Position numbers and translations under genes: made by a program. From a virus, in the IMG/VR virus record IMGVR_UViG_3300036773_000146, positions 32,001 through 96,000 of that record: 64,000 nucleotides of DNA, one strand, 5' to 3'. Each line of letters starts with the position of its first letter. Position 1 is the stretch's first letter. This document shows positions 18,561 to 26,044 of the stretch, piece by piece. The notes beneath the pieces were generated by a model. The model saw only the letters and a program-made list of their open reading frames with translations, had not been told where the DNA came from and did not search any database.

Positions 18561-18621
18561 CCTCCGGTGCGATCCTCAACCTGACAAAACCCATACTACC
18601 CGTTCGAGTAGTATGGGTCAA
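18561..18621 (-). promoter_or_regulatory. promoter/operator copy 7 plus start-associated motif
   Basis: TTGACC-N17-TAGTAT; palindrome 18596-18611. Confidence 0.85.
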
Positions 18622-18837
18622 GGGTCCGCTACGGCCGTATGTAAGGCACCTCGGCTTCAGCGTCGAACCAGCGCGGGGAGTGGCCGCCGTCGGCGTGCTG
18701 CACGCCGACAATCACCTACCTCGCACCGTTCGCCGGGTTGAATCCTCCGGATATGGCATCCGTGCGGACGGTGATCTGCACCAGGCCGCTCTCGTCGCGG
18801 TACTCGTCGCCCGCGCGCAAGTCCTGCGCCAGCATGG

Positions 18838-19215
18838 TCAGCTCTCCTTCACGGTGTCGAAGGCCCGCTGGGCATCGAAGGCCAGGACGAGGCCGGAGAG
18901 CACCTGGAGACGCTCGATCTTGCGCCACAGGCCCTCCAGGGTCTTCTGGGCGTGCTCGATGCTCCTGTCGATGTTCTGGGGCTGGAAACCGGCCACCTGG
19001 ACGTTCGCCCGGCGCCACACGGTGCCCTCTGAGGGGTAGTGGCGCGTCGTGGTGCCGTCGCGGAAGGCCAGCACCAGCTCCAGGGAGCGGGTGGCGGTGT
19101 CGGGCGCGATGCCGATCACCAGGGCCCAGCCGTTGGTCCCGGAGGCAAACCAGACGTTGTCGCCCAGCTTCAGCTCGGCGGTAGGAACCATGCTGGCGTC
19201 GCTCATGGCGGTCAA
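18838..19215 (-). CDS. hypothetical protein
   Basis: Overlap-coupled ORF. Confidence 0.55.
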   Translation of the reverse strand: MTAMSDASMVPTAELKLGDNVWFASGTNGWALVIGIAPDTATRSLELVLAFRDGTTTRHYPSEGTVWRRANVQVAGFQPQNIDRSIEHAQKTLEGLWRKIERLQVLSGLVLAFDAQRAFDTVKES

Positions 19216-19505
19216 ACCTCCAGGCCGGTGATGTGCTCGGCCAACCGGACCTGGGCGGCCTTGACGCCGTCATCGAAGGCCTCGTTGTACTGCGCGCTGT
19301 AACGCTGCTGCGGGGCGATGTCGTAAACCGCGCTCACGGCCTGCTTGTACTCGGCCAGCTCGGCCAACACGGCACGCAGATCGTGGGTGGTAAGCCAGAC
19401 GCCGGGGGTGGCGCGAGAGACGACGCCCTGGTGGTTGGGCTCCGGCCACTCAGCCAGGAACTGCTCGATGTTCTCGGCGGCCGCCTGGCCGGGAGAGTGC
19501 GACAT
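19212..19505 (-). CDS. hypothetical protein
   Basis: GAAGGA RBS. Confidence 0.6.
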   Translation of the reverse strand: MSHSPGQAAAENIEQFLAEWPEPNHQGVVSRATPGVWLTTHDLRAVLAELAEYKQAVSAVYDIAPQQRYSAQYNEAFDDGVKAAQVRLAEHITGLEV

Positions 19506-19559
19506 GATCTTGTCCTTCCAGGACGGGGGCCGGGCCCCGTGTGGAGCCCGGCGGGTGAG

Positions 19560-19811
19560 TCAGCCTTCGATCATCTTCAGGGCGGCGGCCTCGCACTTGG
19601 CGCACACCTTGCGCTGGCGGAGAAGCTTGGCGTAGGCCAGCGCCTCGGCCGGGGTCTCGAAGGTCGGGCCCTTGGCGAAGCGGGTCAGGCCCCGGGAGAG
19701 CGCCGAGCAGGCGGTCATCGCGTAGTCCAGGCCGTCGGCCGAGTCCTGCGAGGTGATGTCGAGGCCCTCGATGTGGTTGCTGGTCCGGTTGTAGCGGATG
19801 GTGAACGACAT
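19560..19811 (-). CDS. hypothetical phage protein (CxxC)
   Basis: MSFTIRYNRTSNHI...KVCAKC; follows start motif. Confidence 0.7.
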   Translation of the reverse strand: MSFTIRYNRTSNHIEGLDITSQDSADGLDYAMTACSALSRGLTRFAKGPTFETPAEALAYAKLLRQRKVCAKCEAAALKMIEG

Positions 19812-19816
19812 CGGGG

Positions 19817-19877
19817 CCTCCAGTGCGGCTCGTCTTGCTGACAGATTCATACTACCCGTTCAGGTAGCAGAGCGCAA
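19817..19877 (-). promoter_or_regulatory. promoter/operator copy 8 plus start-associated motif
   Basis: TTGCGC-N17-TAGTAT; palindrome 19852-19867. Confidence 0.8.
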
Positions 19878-19884
19878 GGGCCAA

Positions 19885-20184
19885 TCAGCTGCGCTGTCCC
19901 GAGCCGTTGCACTGGAAGCAATACTTCCGGCCGTGGCGGTAGTAGCGGCTGGCCCCGTCAAACTCTCCGGTGCCGAGGCACTTGCCGCATGCCCGCTCCT
20001 CCAGGGCCTCAACCTCCAGGCGGAGGTTGTCGACCAAGGCCTGGTACTGCGCAACCTGGGCGGCCAGGGTGTCGAACTCCTTGGCGGTGCACCGAGCCTG
20101 GAAGAACTCGGCGTCGAAGACGGCGTGCTTCTCGGCGTCGGCGAGCTGGTGGCGGGCAGTGGCGAGGGTGGCAACGAAGGTCAT
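19885..20184 (-). CDS. CxxCxGxG zinc-finger protein (leaderless)
   Basis: CGKCLGTG...CFQCNGSG; ATG 6 nt after the -10. Confidence 0.7.
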   Translation of the reverse strand: MTFVATLATARHQLADAEKHAVFDAEFFQARCTAKEFDTLAAQVAQYQALVDNLRLEVEALEERACGKCLGTGEFDGASRYYRHGRKYCFQCNGSGQRS

Positions 20185-20219
20185 ACCCTGAGACTACCCG
20201 ATTGGGTAGGGTGGCGCAA
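20185..20219 (-). promoter_or_regulatory. promoter/operator copy 9 (leaderless)
   Basis: TTGCGC-N17-TAGTCT; palindrome 20194-20209. Confidence 0.8.
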
Positions 20220-20222
20220 GAG

Positions 20223-20612
20223 TCAGCCGCAGGGATGCACCGACAGATACGTGTAGGTCACACTGCCGATCTCGATCCCTTCGTCCAGTTCGCGCCAGGT
20301 GGCCTCCTGGCCCCATTCCTGGGGCTCTCGCAGGCTCAGAACGCACTGCTGCTGGCGATCATTGCCCGGGAACCAGAAGGGCACCACAGAGCCGTTCAGC
20401 TCGCGCAGGAGCGCGTTCAGCCGGTGCGACTCTACGTTGCTCAGGTACAGGCGGATGTCAGCCAGCGACTGCGGGTTGCCCAGGGCCGGTGTGATGAACT
20501 GGTAGGCGGCCATGAGGCGCTCGGTCAGCTCGTCATACAGGTCCAGCGGGTCGACATTGAACTGGTACCGCCCTGCCGCTGCGTCCCAGTCGCCGTAGGT
20601 CTCGTTTGCCAT
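20223..20612 (-). CDS. hypothetical protein
   Basis: GGGAGGG RBS. Confidence 0.6.
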   Translation of the reverse strand: MANETYGDWDAAAGRYQFNVDPLDLYDELTERLMAAYQFITPALGNPQSLADIRLYLSNVESHRLNALLRELNGSVVPFWFPGNDRQQQCVLSLREPQEWGQEATWRELDEGIEIGSVTYTYLSVHPCG

Positions 20613-20614
20613 CG

Positions 20615-20782
20615 TCAAGCCCTCCCGATCGCCCATGGCTCGGGCAAGAAGCCGCCCTTGCTCAGCCAGTCGTCCAGGCCTTCGACCAGGTCGACCAGCG
20701 CCTCGGCCAGGGAGTCGTCCGGCTCCTGCTGCAATGCCTCGACCAGCTCGCGGATCTGGGCGAGGGCTACGTTCGGGTCCAT
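20615..20782 (-). CDS. small actinophage-type protein (MDPN...GGFLP.PW)
   Basis: MDPNVAL...LDDWLSKGGFLPEPW; AAGGAGG RBS. Confidence 0.7.
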   Translation of the reverse strand: MDPNVALAQIRELVEALQQEPDDSLAEALVDLVEGLDDWLSKGGFLPEPWAIGRA

Positions 20783-20858
20783 GCGGACCTCCTTCATGAT
20801 CGGGAATGGAGCCGGGTGACCCCTCCACCGGAGAGGCCGCCCGGAGTGTGGTGGCAGA

Positions 20859-21065
20859 TCAGCGGTGACCCATGGCCAGCAGGTCGGCGCCCCGAAAGTC
20901 CTCGTACAGGGCCCAGCCGTTGCCCTCATCCACGAAGACCTCCACGATCTCGGTGGTGGGCAGCGCGGCCTGCGCCTGGACGTAGTCGTAGGCGGCCGAC
21001 TGGCTGCGCTGGCGGACGCGGTCCCCCTTGTTGACGACGACGGCCCACTTCTTCCACGCGCTCAT
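20859..21065 (-). CDS. hypothetical protein
   Basis: Follows start-motif variant. Confidence 0.6.
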   Translation of the reverse strand: MSAWKKWAVVVNKGDRVRQRSQSAAYDYVQAQAALPTTEIVEVFVDEGNGWALYEDFRGADLLAMGHR

Positions 21066-21128
21066 GACGATCTCCAATGCGATCAGGACGGAAGGCCCGG
21101 GGGCGGTGGTGCCCCGGGCCGGGGGTAA

Positions 21129-21692
21129 TCAGGCGGGGGTCTGGTCGGCGAGCTGGCGCACGCCGTTGCGCACGGTGCTGTAGTCGCCGCGCCAGTAGGA
21201 CGAGCGCTCGGGCAGAGTCTCCCGCTGATCGCGGACGGTCTCGTCCATGCTCGCCTCACGGCGGACCTCGGCCTCCAGGCGTGCCTCGAACTCCGGCGAC
21301 AGCGCGCGGTTCTCGTGGATGTAGCCCGCGCCCATGTGGACCAGCTCGACCTCGTCGCAGCAGGGCGCGAACTCGGGGCCGGTCTCGCAGAACTTGTCGC
21401 CACCGTGGGTCTCGGCGGTCTGGACGCCGTGCTTCTCGCACCACCACTGGTTCGAGCTGTAGGAGCAGTCACTCAGGCCCTCGAAGCGCGCCGAGCCGAA
21501 CGCGTGGGTGATCTTCTTGACCTGGTCCTCGGTGGGGCCGTCGGTCCAGTTGACCGCGACCGAGCTGCCACCCGCGTACCGGTCGATGCGGACCGAGAAG
21601 AACCGCGCGGGCAGCTGCGGGAAGGCCAGCTTCAACTGACGGCGCATGAGCTTCGCGACCTCGGCGGTGTCGATGTGGCGGGCGTTCGACAT
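21129..21692 (-). CDS. LPD29-like (large polyvalent protein-associated) domain protein
   Basis: AKLMRRQLKLAFP...FSVR..YAGGSSV.V.WTDGPT..QV......F.G..D. Confidence 0.75.
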   Translation of the reverse strand: MSNARHIDTAEVAKLMRRQLKLAFPQLPARFFSVRIDRYAGGSSVAVNWTDGPTEDQVKKITHAFGSARFEGLSDCSYSSNQWWCEKHGVQTAETHGGDKFCETGPEFAPCCDEVELVHMGAGYIHENRALSPEFEARLEAEVRREASMDETVRDQRETLPERSSYWRGDYSTVRNGVRQLADQTPA

Positions 21693-21697
21693 GGTGT

Positions 21698-21762
21698 CCT
21701 CCGGTGCGGGGTGATCCCTGACTGACAAGACCCACACTACCCGTTCGAGTAGTGTGGGTCAA
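21698..21762 (-). promoter_or_regulatory. promoter/operator copy 10 plus start-associated motif
   Basis: TTGACC-N17-TAGTGT; palindrome 21737-21752. Confidence 0.85.
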
Positions 21763-21766
21763 GGAG

Positions 21767-22519
21767 TCAGCCGATCTGCTTGCGAGCACCACCGACACGG
21801 GTCGTGCCGATGTCGGCACGCTGACCGGCGTCGCCACCGCGTCCGTAGGCGGTGCCGTTGGCGACCCGGCGGTTGGCGGTGCTCACCTGAGGGAACGCAG
21901 TCACGAACATGGACTGCACCCGCTTGGTGCGGTCGACGACCACGAGGGCGGTGCTGACCTGGTGGCTGGCCTCGTAGTCCTGCCGGGCCCGGGCGGTGGC
22001 CTCGTACAGGCGCTTGCCGATGACCACGCTGAAGCCCTGCAAAAAGCTCTTGGTGTAGCTCACCCGGACCGAGCCCTTCTCGGCACCGGTCAGCCACGAC
22101 CAGGAGGGTGTGATCGTGGAGCCGGAGGTCCGGGCCACTTCACCGAAGGCCTGCAACAGCAGCGACGTCCACAGCATCTCGACCCGGTCCAGGTCGGCGG
22201 GGAACCCGACGATGTGCACGGTTGCCGAGCGGGTGATCCGCACCGTCTTGCAGCCCAGGCCCTCGGCCGTGTACTGCAACAGGAACTGCTTGTCGACCCG
22301 GTACGGGTTGGGCACGTGGAAGGTGCGCTGCTCGGGCTCCTCACGCTTGTGCCCGGCGGCGGCCACCATGGCCTCGTCGATGCCATGGGTGACCATCAGG
22401 GAGATGGCCTTGTTCCGGTAGTTCTCGGCGGCCTCGGTGTTGCCCTGCGTGGCCAGCGACTCGGCGGTGTCGAGCAGGCTCCGGACCTTGGCGAGCTTCG
22501 GGTTGGTGGCATCAGTCAT
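21767..22519 (-). CDS. DUF2786-domain protein
   Basis: KVRSLL..AE....EAE....KA..LM..HGID; SFLQGF; GYxAGxxADI-like tail. Confidence 0.8.
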   Translation of the reverse strand: MTDATNPKLAKVRSLLDTAESLATQGNTEAAENYRNKAISLMVTHGIDEAMVAAAGHKREEPEQRTFHVPNPYRVDKQFLLQYTAEGLGCKTVRITRSATVHIVGFPADLDRVEMLWTSLLLQAFGEVARTSGSTITPSWSWLTGAEKGSVRVSYTKSFLQGFSVVIGKRLYEATARARQDYEASHQVSTALVVVDRTKRVQSMFVTAFPQVSTANRRVANGTAYGRGGDAGQRADIGTTRVGGARKQIG

Positions 22520-22552
22520 GCGGTCATCCTCCAGTGCGGATGTGATCGGTGG

Positions 22553-22729
22553 TCAGGCGCAGAGCGGGCAGAGGTACAGCTCAGCCTGATAGCGGAGCGA
22601 CTCCGCGTGCCACACGGTCCGGCAGGAGTCACAGGTATCCGGGGTGACGTCCAGGCACTCGATGCTGATGACGCGACCGTGGTCGGTGGTGATCTGGTCG
22701 ATCCGGATGGCTGCGGCCGTGTTGCTCAC
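22553..22729 (-). CDS. small zinc-ribbon protein
   Basis: CDSC...LCPLC; follows start motif. Confidence 0.6.
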   Translation of the reverse strand: MSNTAAAIRIDQITTDHGRVISIECLDVTPDTCDSCRTVWHAESLRYQAELYLCPLCA

Positions 22730-22735
22730 GAGAAA

Positions 22736-22796
22736 CCTCCAGTGCGGCTCGGTTGGTGACACCACTGACACTACCCGTTCGGGTAAGATGAGTCAA
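22736..22796 (-). promoter_or_regulatory. promoter/operator copy 11 plus start-associated motif
   Basis: TTGACT-N17-TAGTGT; CTACCCGTTCGGGTAA 22771-22786. Confidence 0.8.
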
Positions 22797-22801
22797 GAAG
22801 G

Positions 22802-23044
22802 TCAGAGAACGATGTCGCCGTGGTGGTCGCCGAGCTGGATGACGATCGCGCCGGGCGCGACGTTCCCCACGACGTTGATCACGTCGGCGGTGAGGTCGTT
22901 GGCTCGCAGCTCGGTGCCGCCCACGTAGTCCACGGCCCCGGACTCGATCAGCTCACGCCGGATGACGGTGTCCTGCGGCTGCTCGCCGTCCTCGACGAGG
23001 GAGCGCAGCGCGGCCCGTGCGGCGGGGGTGAGGTTGATGTTCAC
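22802..23044 (-). CDS. small protein with C-terminal amyloid-signalling-like motif
   Basis: Ends VINVVGNVAPGAIVIQLGDHHGDIVL; AGGAGG RBS. Confidence 0.65.
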   Translation of the reverse strand: MNINLTPAARAALRSLVEDGEQPQDTVIRRELIESGAVDYVGGTELRANDLTADVINVVGNVAPGAIVIQLGDHHGDIVL

Positions 23045-23101
23045 GACATCCTCCTGGAACGAGAGACGGCGGAGCGTCGATCGACGCTCCGCCGGGATGG
23101 A

Positions 23102-23449
23102 TCAGTAGGTGATCGAGCCGCCGTCCATGCCGACCGGCATAACTCCGACCTTGGCCAGGCGGCGCGCCTCGTCGGCGTCCTCGGCGTACTCCCAGCCCTC
23201 GACCTCGCACACATCGGCGTGCACGTGCTCGTGACCGGCCTCGCAGACATAAGCCCGACCGTCGTCCCACGCCAGAGCGTCGCACTCGCGGACGATGCGG
23301 CGGCCGTCCTCGTCGGTCACGAAGCCCCAGCCATCACGCACCTCGTACTGCCAGCCGCAGGGATAAGCCTCTCCGGCATAACAGCGCCGAACGGCCTCGA
23401 CGGAGTGGTGGGTCTTCTTGCAGTTCCCGCAAGTGATGGTGCTCGACAT
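23102..23449 (-). CDS. Cys/His-rich hypothetical protein
   Basis: CGNCKKTHHSVEAVRRC; follows start motif. Confidence 0.7.
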   Translation of the reverse strand: MSSTITCGNCKKTHHSVEAVRRCYAGEAYPCGWQYEVRDGWGFVTDEDGRRIVRECDALAWDDGRAYVCEAGHEHVHADVCEVEGWEYAEDADEARRLAKVGVMPVGMDGGSITY

Positions 23450-23454
23450 GAATG

Positions 23455-23513
23455 CCTCCGGTGCGGCTCGTGCTGACGTCGCCGACACTACCTACCCGAT
23501 CAGGTAGTGTCAA
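23455..23513 (-). promoter_or_regulatory. promoter/operator copy 12 (operator shifted 4 nt) plus start-associated motif
   Basis: TTGACA-N17-TAGTGT; palindrome 23492-23507. Confidence 0.85.
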
Positions 23514-24109
23514 CCCCGGGAGGCAGACCACCTGTCAAGAGCCTGCCAGAGAGCCATCTCTCGGCCCCAGGTGGTGTCGATGACGTCCAGCGTGGCCGCC
23601 TGGTCGAGGTCGCGCACGGCCGCCGAGGAGACGTGCTGGAGCATGGTTTCCGTGGTCCAGCGGCCGCCGGTGACCACCACGCCGTCTTCCTTGGTCAGCG
23701 GCTCGTGATGGACCAGGCTGTCCAGGACAAGCATTCCGGCGCCCTCCAGGTGACGCCGAAACTCCAGCAGCTCCGTGCGCGCCAGGTACCCGCTGACGAA
23801 CGCGCGCTGCTCAACCAGGGTGTCGTTGATCCACCAGCGGCCGCCGGGCTGACTCTGGTCGGTGAAGAAGCCAGCCTCGTTGGCCCGCGCCAAATACGGC
23901 AGCAGGGACGTCGTCTCGTGATCCGGCACGTCGTACCCGCTCGGATGCGCCCCCAGCTCACCCCGAGCCCAGCGGGCGCCGCGCTCACTCAGCTCGGGCA
24001 AGGTACGGGCCCGGCACCACTCCCGGCGCAAACCTGCGTAGTAACGCATGTCATCGACCCCGACGACATCGAGCACATACCTGATCTTCCTCTTGAGCAT
24101 CGACAACAT
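23510..24109 (-). CDS. DUF6919-like protein
   Basis: W..ARTL.EL....ARW..G.....P.Y..PD.ET..L...L...N.AGF.T..SQPG...QRA.V.G. Confidence 0.7.
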   Translation of the reverse strand: MLSMLKRKIRYVLDVVGVDDMRYYAGLRREWCRARTLPELSERGARWARGELGAHPSGYDVPDHETTSLLPYLARANEAGFFTDQSQPGGRWWINDTLVEQRAFVSGYLARTELLEFRRHLEGAGMLVLDSLVHHEPLTKEDGVVVTGGRWTTETMLQHVSSAAVRDLDQAATLDVIDTTWGREMALWQALDRWSASRG

Positions 24110-24525
24110 CAGTCCTCCTGTGCGTAGATCTTCAACTGGTCTTCCAGAGCGTGCGCGACGCTGCGGCCGCTACCGATGATCAGCGCCTTGGCCTCGTCGT
24201 AGGGATCACGCGGCACCCAGAAGCGCACGCGGGTGCGCTTGGTCTTCGGTCGGAACGGCGGGCGCCGGGCCGGATCGCGATGGGGATCGGGCAGAGCCAG
24301 CACGGCCGCCCGGAACAGGGCCATGCGGCACACGGCGGTGAAGTCCACGCACTCGGCCTGGGCGATGGCCTGGGCCCGCTCGACGACGGCCAAGGCAATC
24401 TCCATGTCCGCCTCGAACGTAGGCAGCGACGGGTCGAGACCGTGGGCGGCGAGGATCTGCCGGAAGCTGGCCTGGATCCGCGCGATCTCCGCGTACCCGG
24501 CCGCGTAGCCCTCGACCCGACTCAC
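24109..24525 (-). CDS. putative ribbon-helix-helix regulator
   Basis: RVRFWVPRDPYDEAK......RSVAHALEDQL. Confidence 0.55.
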   Translation of the reverse strand: MSRVEGYAAGYAEIARIQASFRQILAAHGLDPSLPTFEADMEIALAVVERAQAIAQAECVDFTAVCRMALFRAAVLALPDPHRDPARRPPFRPKTKRTRVRFWVPRDPYDEAKALIIGSGRSVAHALEDQLKIYAQED

Positions 24526-24953
24526 TCCCCCTCGACTTCGGCGGGCACGGGAGCATCCAGCTGGACCAGGTCCACCAGCGGCCAGTCGTCGGAGTAGACG
24601 CCGTACATGTCGTGGCGCTTCTCGTGGGCCAGCACCTCCAGCCTGGCGCGCGTGAGCGGGTAGGTCACGAAGTCCACGCTCACGCCGCTGCCGAACACCG
24701 CGCGCCACTGCTCCTTGTCGTCGTGGGTGTAGGCGGCCCGCCACTTCACCGGCTGGCGGGTGACCGGCCGGGTCGGGTAGGCGACCCGGCCGCTGTGCAC
24801 CGGCTTGCCGTCGGCGTCCTGGCCCCATTCGAGCTTGCCGTGGCGGATCTGCTTCACCGGCCGGTTGGCGGCTCGGTCCGCCGTCTTGTCCAGCGCGCGG
24901 AACACGCCGCGCAGGGCCCGGCCGAGCCGCCGCGTCCACTTGCCCTTCGCCAT
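24522..24953 (-). CDS. hypothetical protein
   Basis: AGGAGG RBS; divergent from the plus-strand island. Confidence 0.65.
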   Translation of the reverse strand: MAKGKWTRRLGRALRGVFRALDKTADRAANRPVKQIRHGKLEWGQDADGKPVHSGRVAYPTRPVTRQPVKWRAAYTHDDKEQWRAVFGSGVSVDFVTYPLTRARLEVLAHEKRHDMYGVYSDDWPLVDLVQLDAPVPAEVEGE

Positions 24954-25022
24954 GGCTACCTCCTGAGGATCAAACGTGAGGGTAGGTTACCCCATAGCCT
25001 ACGGGGGCAGTACCATACGGTC

Positions 25023-25295
25023 ATGACCTACGACTCTGAGCGTGATGACGCCCCCAGCTACGAGGGCGAGGTGACCGAGGAATCAACCCGGCTCCGGCCC
25101 CGTACGTGGGCTGCGCTGATCGCGCTCGGGGCCGAAGGCATCTCCCTGCTGATGGGCAACTACCTGATCTCCGTCGGCCTGATCGTCTGCTACGTGGCCT
25201 GGATGTTCCTGCGGGACGCCCTGCGCCGCCGACGGCGAAACCGGGACTGGAACACCGTGGCCAACAACGTGATGGAGGGGGACGAGATCCGATGA
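25023..25295 (+). CDS. small membrane protein (Spd-like context)
   Basis: Two TM helices, ATGA overlap with next gene. Confidence 0.6.
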   Translation: MTYDSERDDAPSYEGEVTEESTRLRPRTWAALIALGAEGISLLMGNYLISVGLIVCYVAWMFLRDALRRRRRNRDWNTVANNVMEGDEIR

Positions 25296-26044
25296 CCGAG
25301 CACCAGAACCAGGCGGCCAACCTGCCCGGTGCCAAGGGCGTCGCGTGGGTGTGCTTTCTATTCGGCACGGTCGTGAGCGTGGCGTTCAACGTCATGGACT
25401 CGTTCATCCCGCCGGTCGGCGCACCTGCTGGCTGGACGCCAGGCCTGTGGGTGATCGTGTTCGCCGCGACGTGGCCCCTAGCACTGATCGGCTCGGTTGA
25501 GCTGCTGGCCCGGCTGGGCTGGAGCGACACCATCTTCGCCAAGATCGTGCGCTACGGGGTGATGAGCGCCGTGGCGGTCTTCGCGGCCGTTATCTCCTAC
25601 CAGCACATCCGCGAAGTCCTGCTCTCCTGGCGCTACAACGAGCTGTCCGCGAACGTCGGCCCGCTCGTCATCGACGGCCTGATGATCCTGGCTGGTTACG
25701 CCATGGTCATGGGGTCGAAGAACGGCGAGGCCAAGCCCTCACCGAAGACCTCTACCCAGGCCGCGCCGGAGCTTCCGGCCAAGTCCGAGCCGGGTCCGGC
25801 TCTGGGCGACATGCTGAAGCCCCTTCCGGTCCAGAAACCGCCGGTGCGCAACCGGACCAACGGGATCAAGCCCGCCCAGGCTCGCCGATCGGCTGGGCCC
25901 AGTACTCAAGACATCGTCAGCACCCTGCGCAAGCGCGGAGACGTCCCCACCAAGCGGGCGATCGTCGCTGAGTTCGGCGTGGGCTCGCTGAAAGCCCAAG
26001 AAGCTCGCAATCTGCTCAAGAGCGACGAAAAGGAGGAATTGTGA
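25292..26044 (+). CDS. DUF2637-like membrane protein
   Basis: SVAFNV...WPLALIGSVELL...AAVISYQHI.......PLVIDGL; C-terminal HTH-like segment. Confidence 0.75.
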   Translation: MTEHQNQAANLPGAKGVAWVCFLFGTVVSVAFNVMDSFIPPVGAPAGWTPGLWVIVFAATWPLALIGSVELLARLGWSDTIFAKIVRYGVMSAVAVFAAVISYQHIREVLLSWRYNELSANVGPLVIDGLMILAGYAMVMGSKNGEAKPSPKTSTQAAPELPAKSEPGPALGDMLKPLPVQKPPVRNRTNGIKPAQARRSAGPSTQDIVSTLRKRGDVPTKRAIVAEFGVGSLKAQEARNLLKSDEKEEL

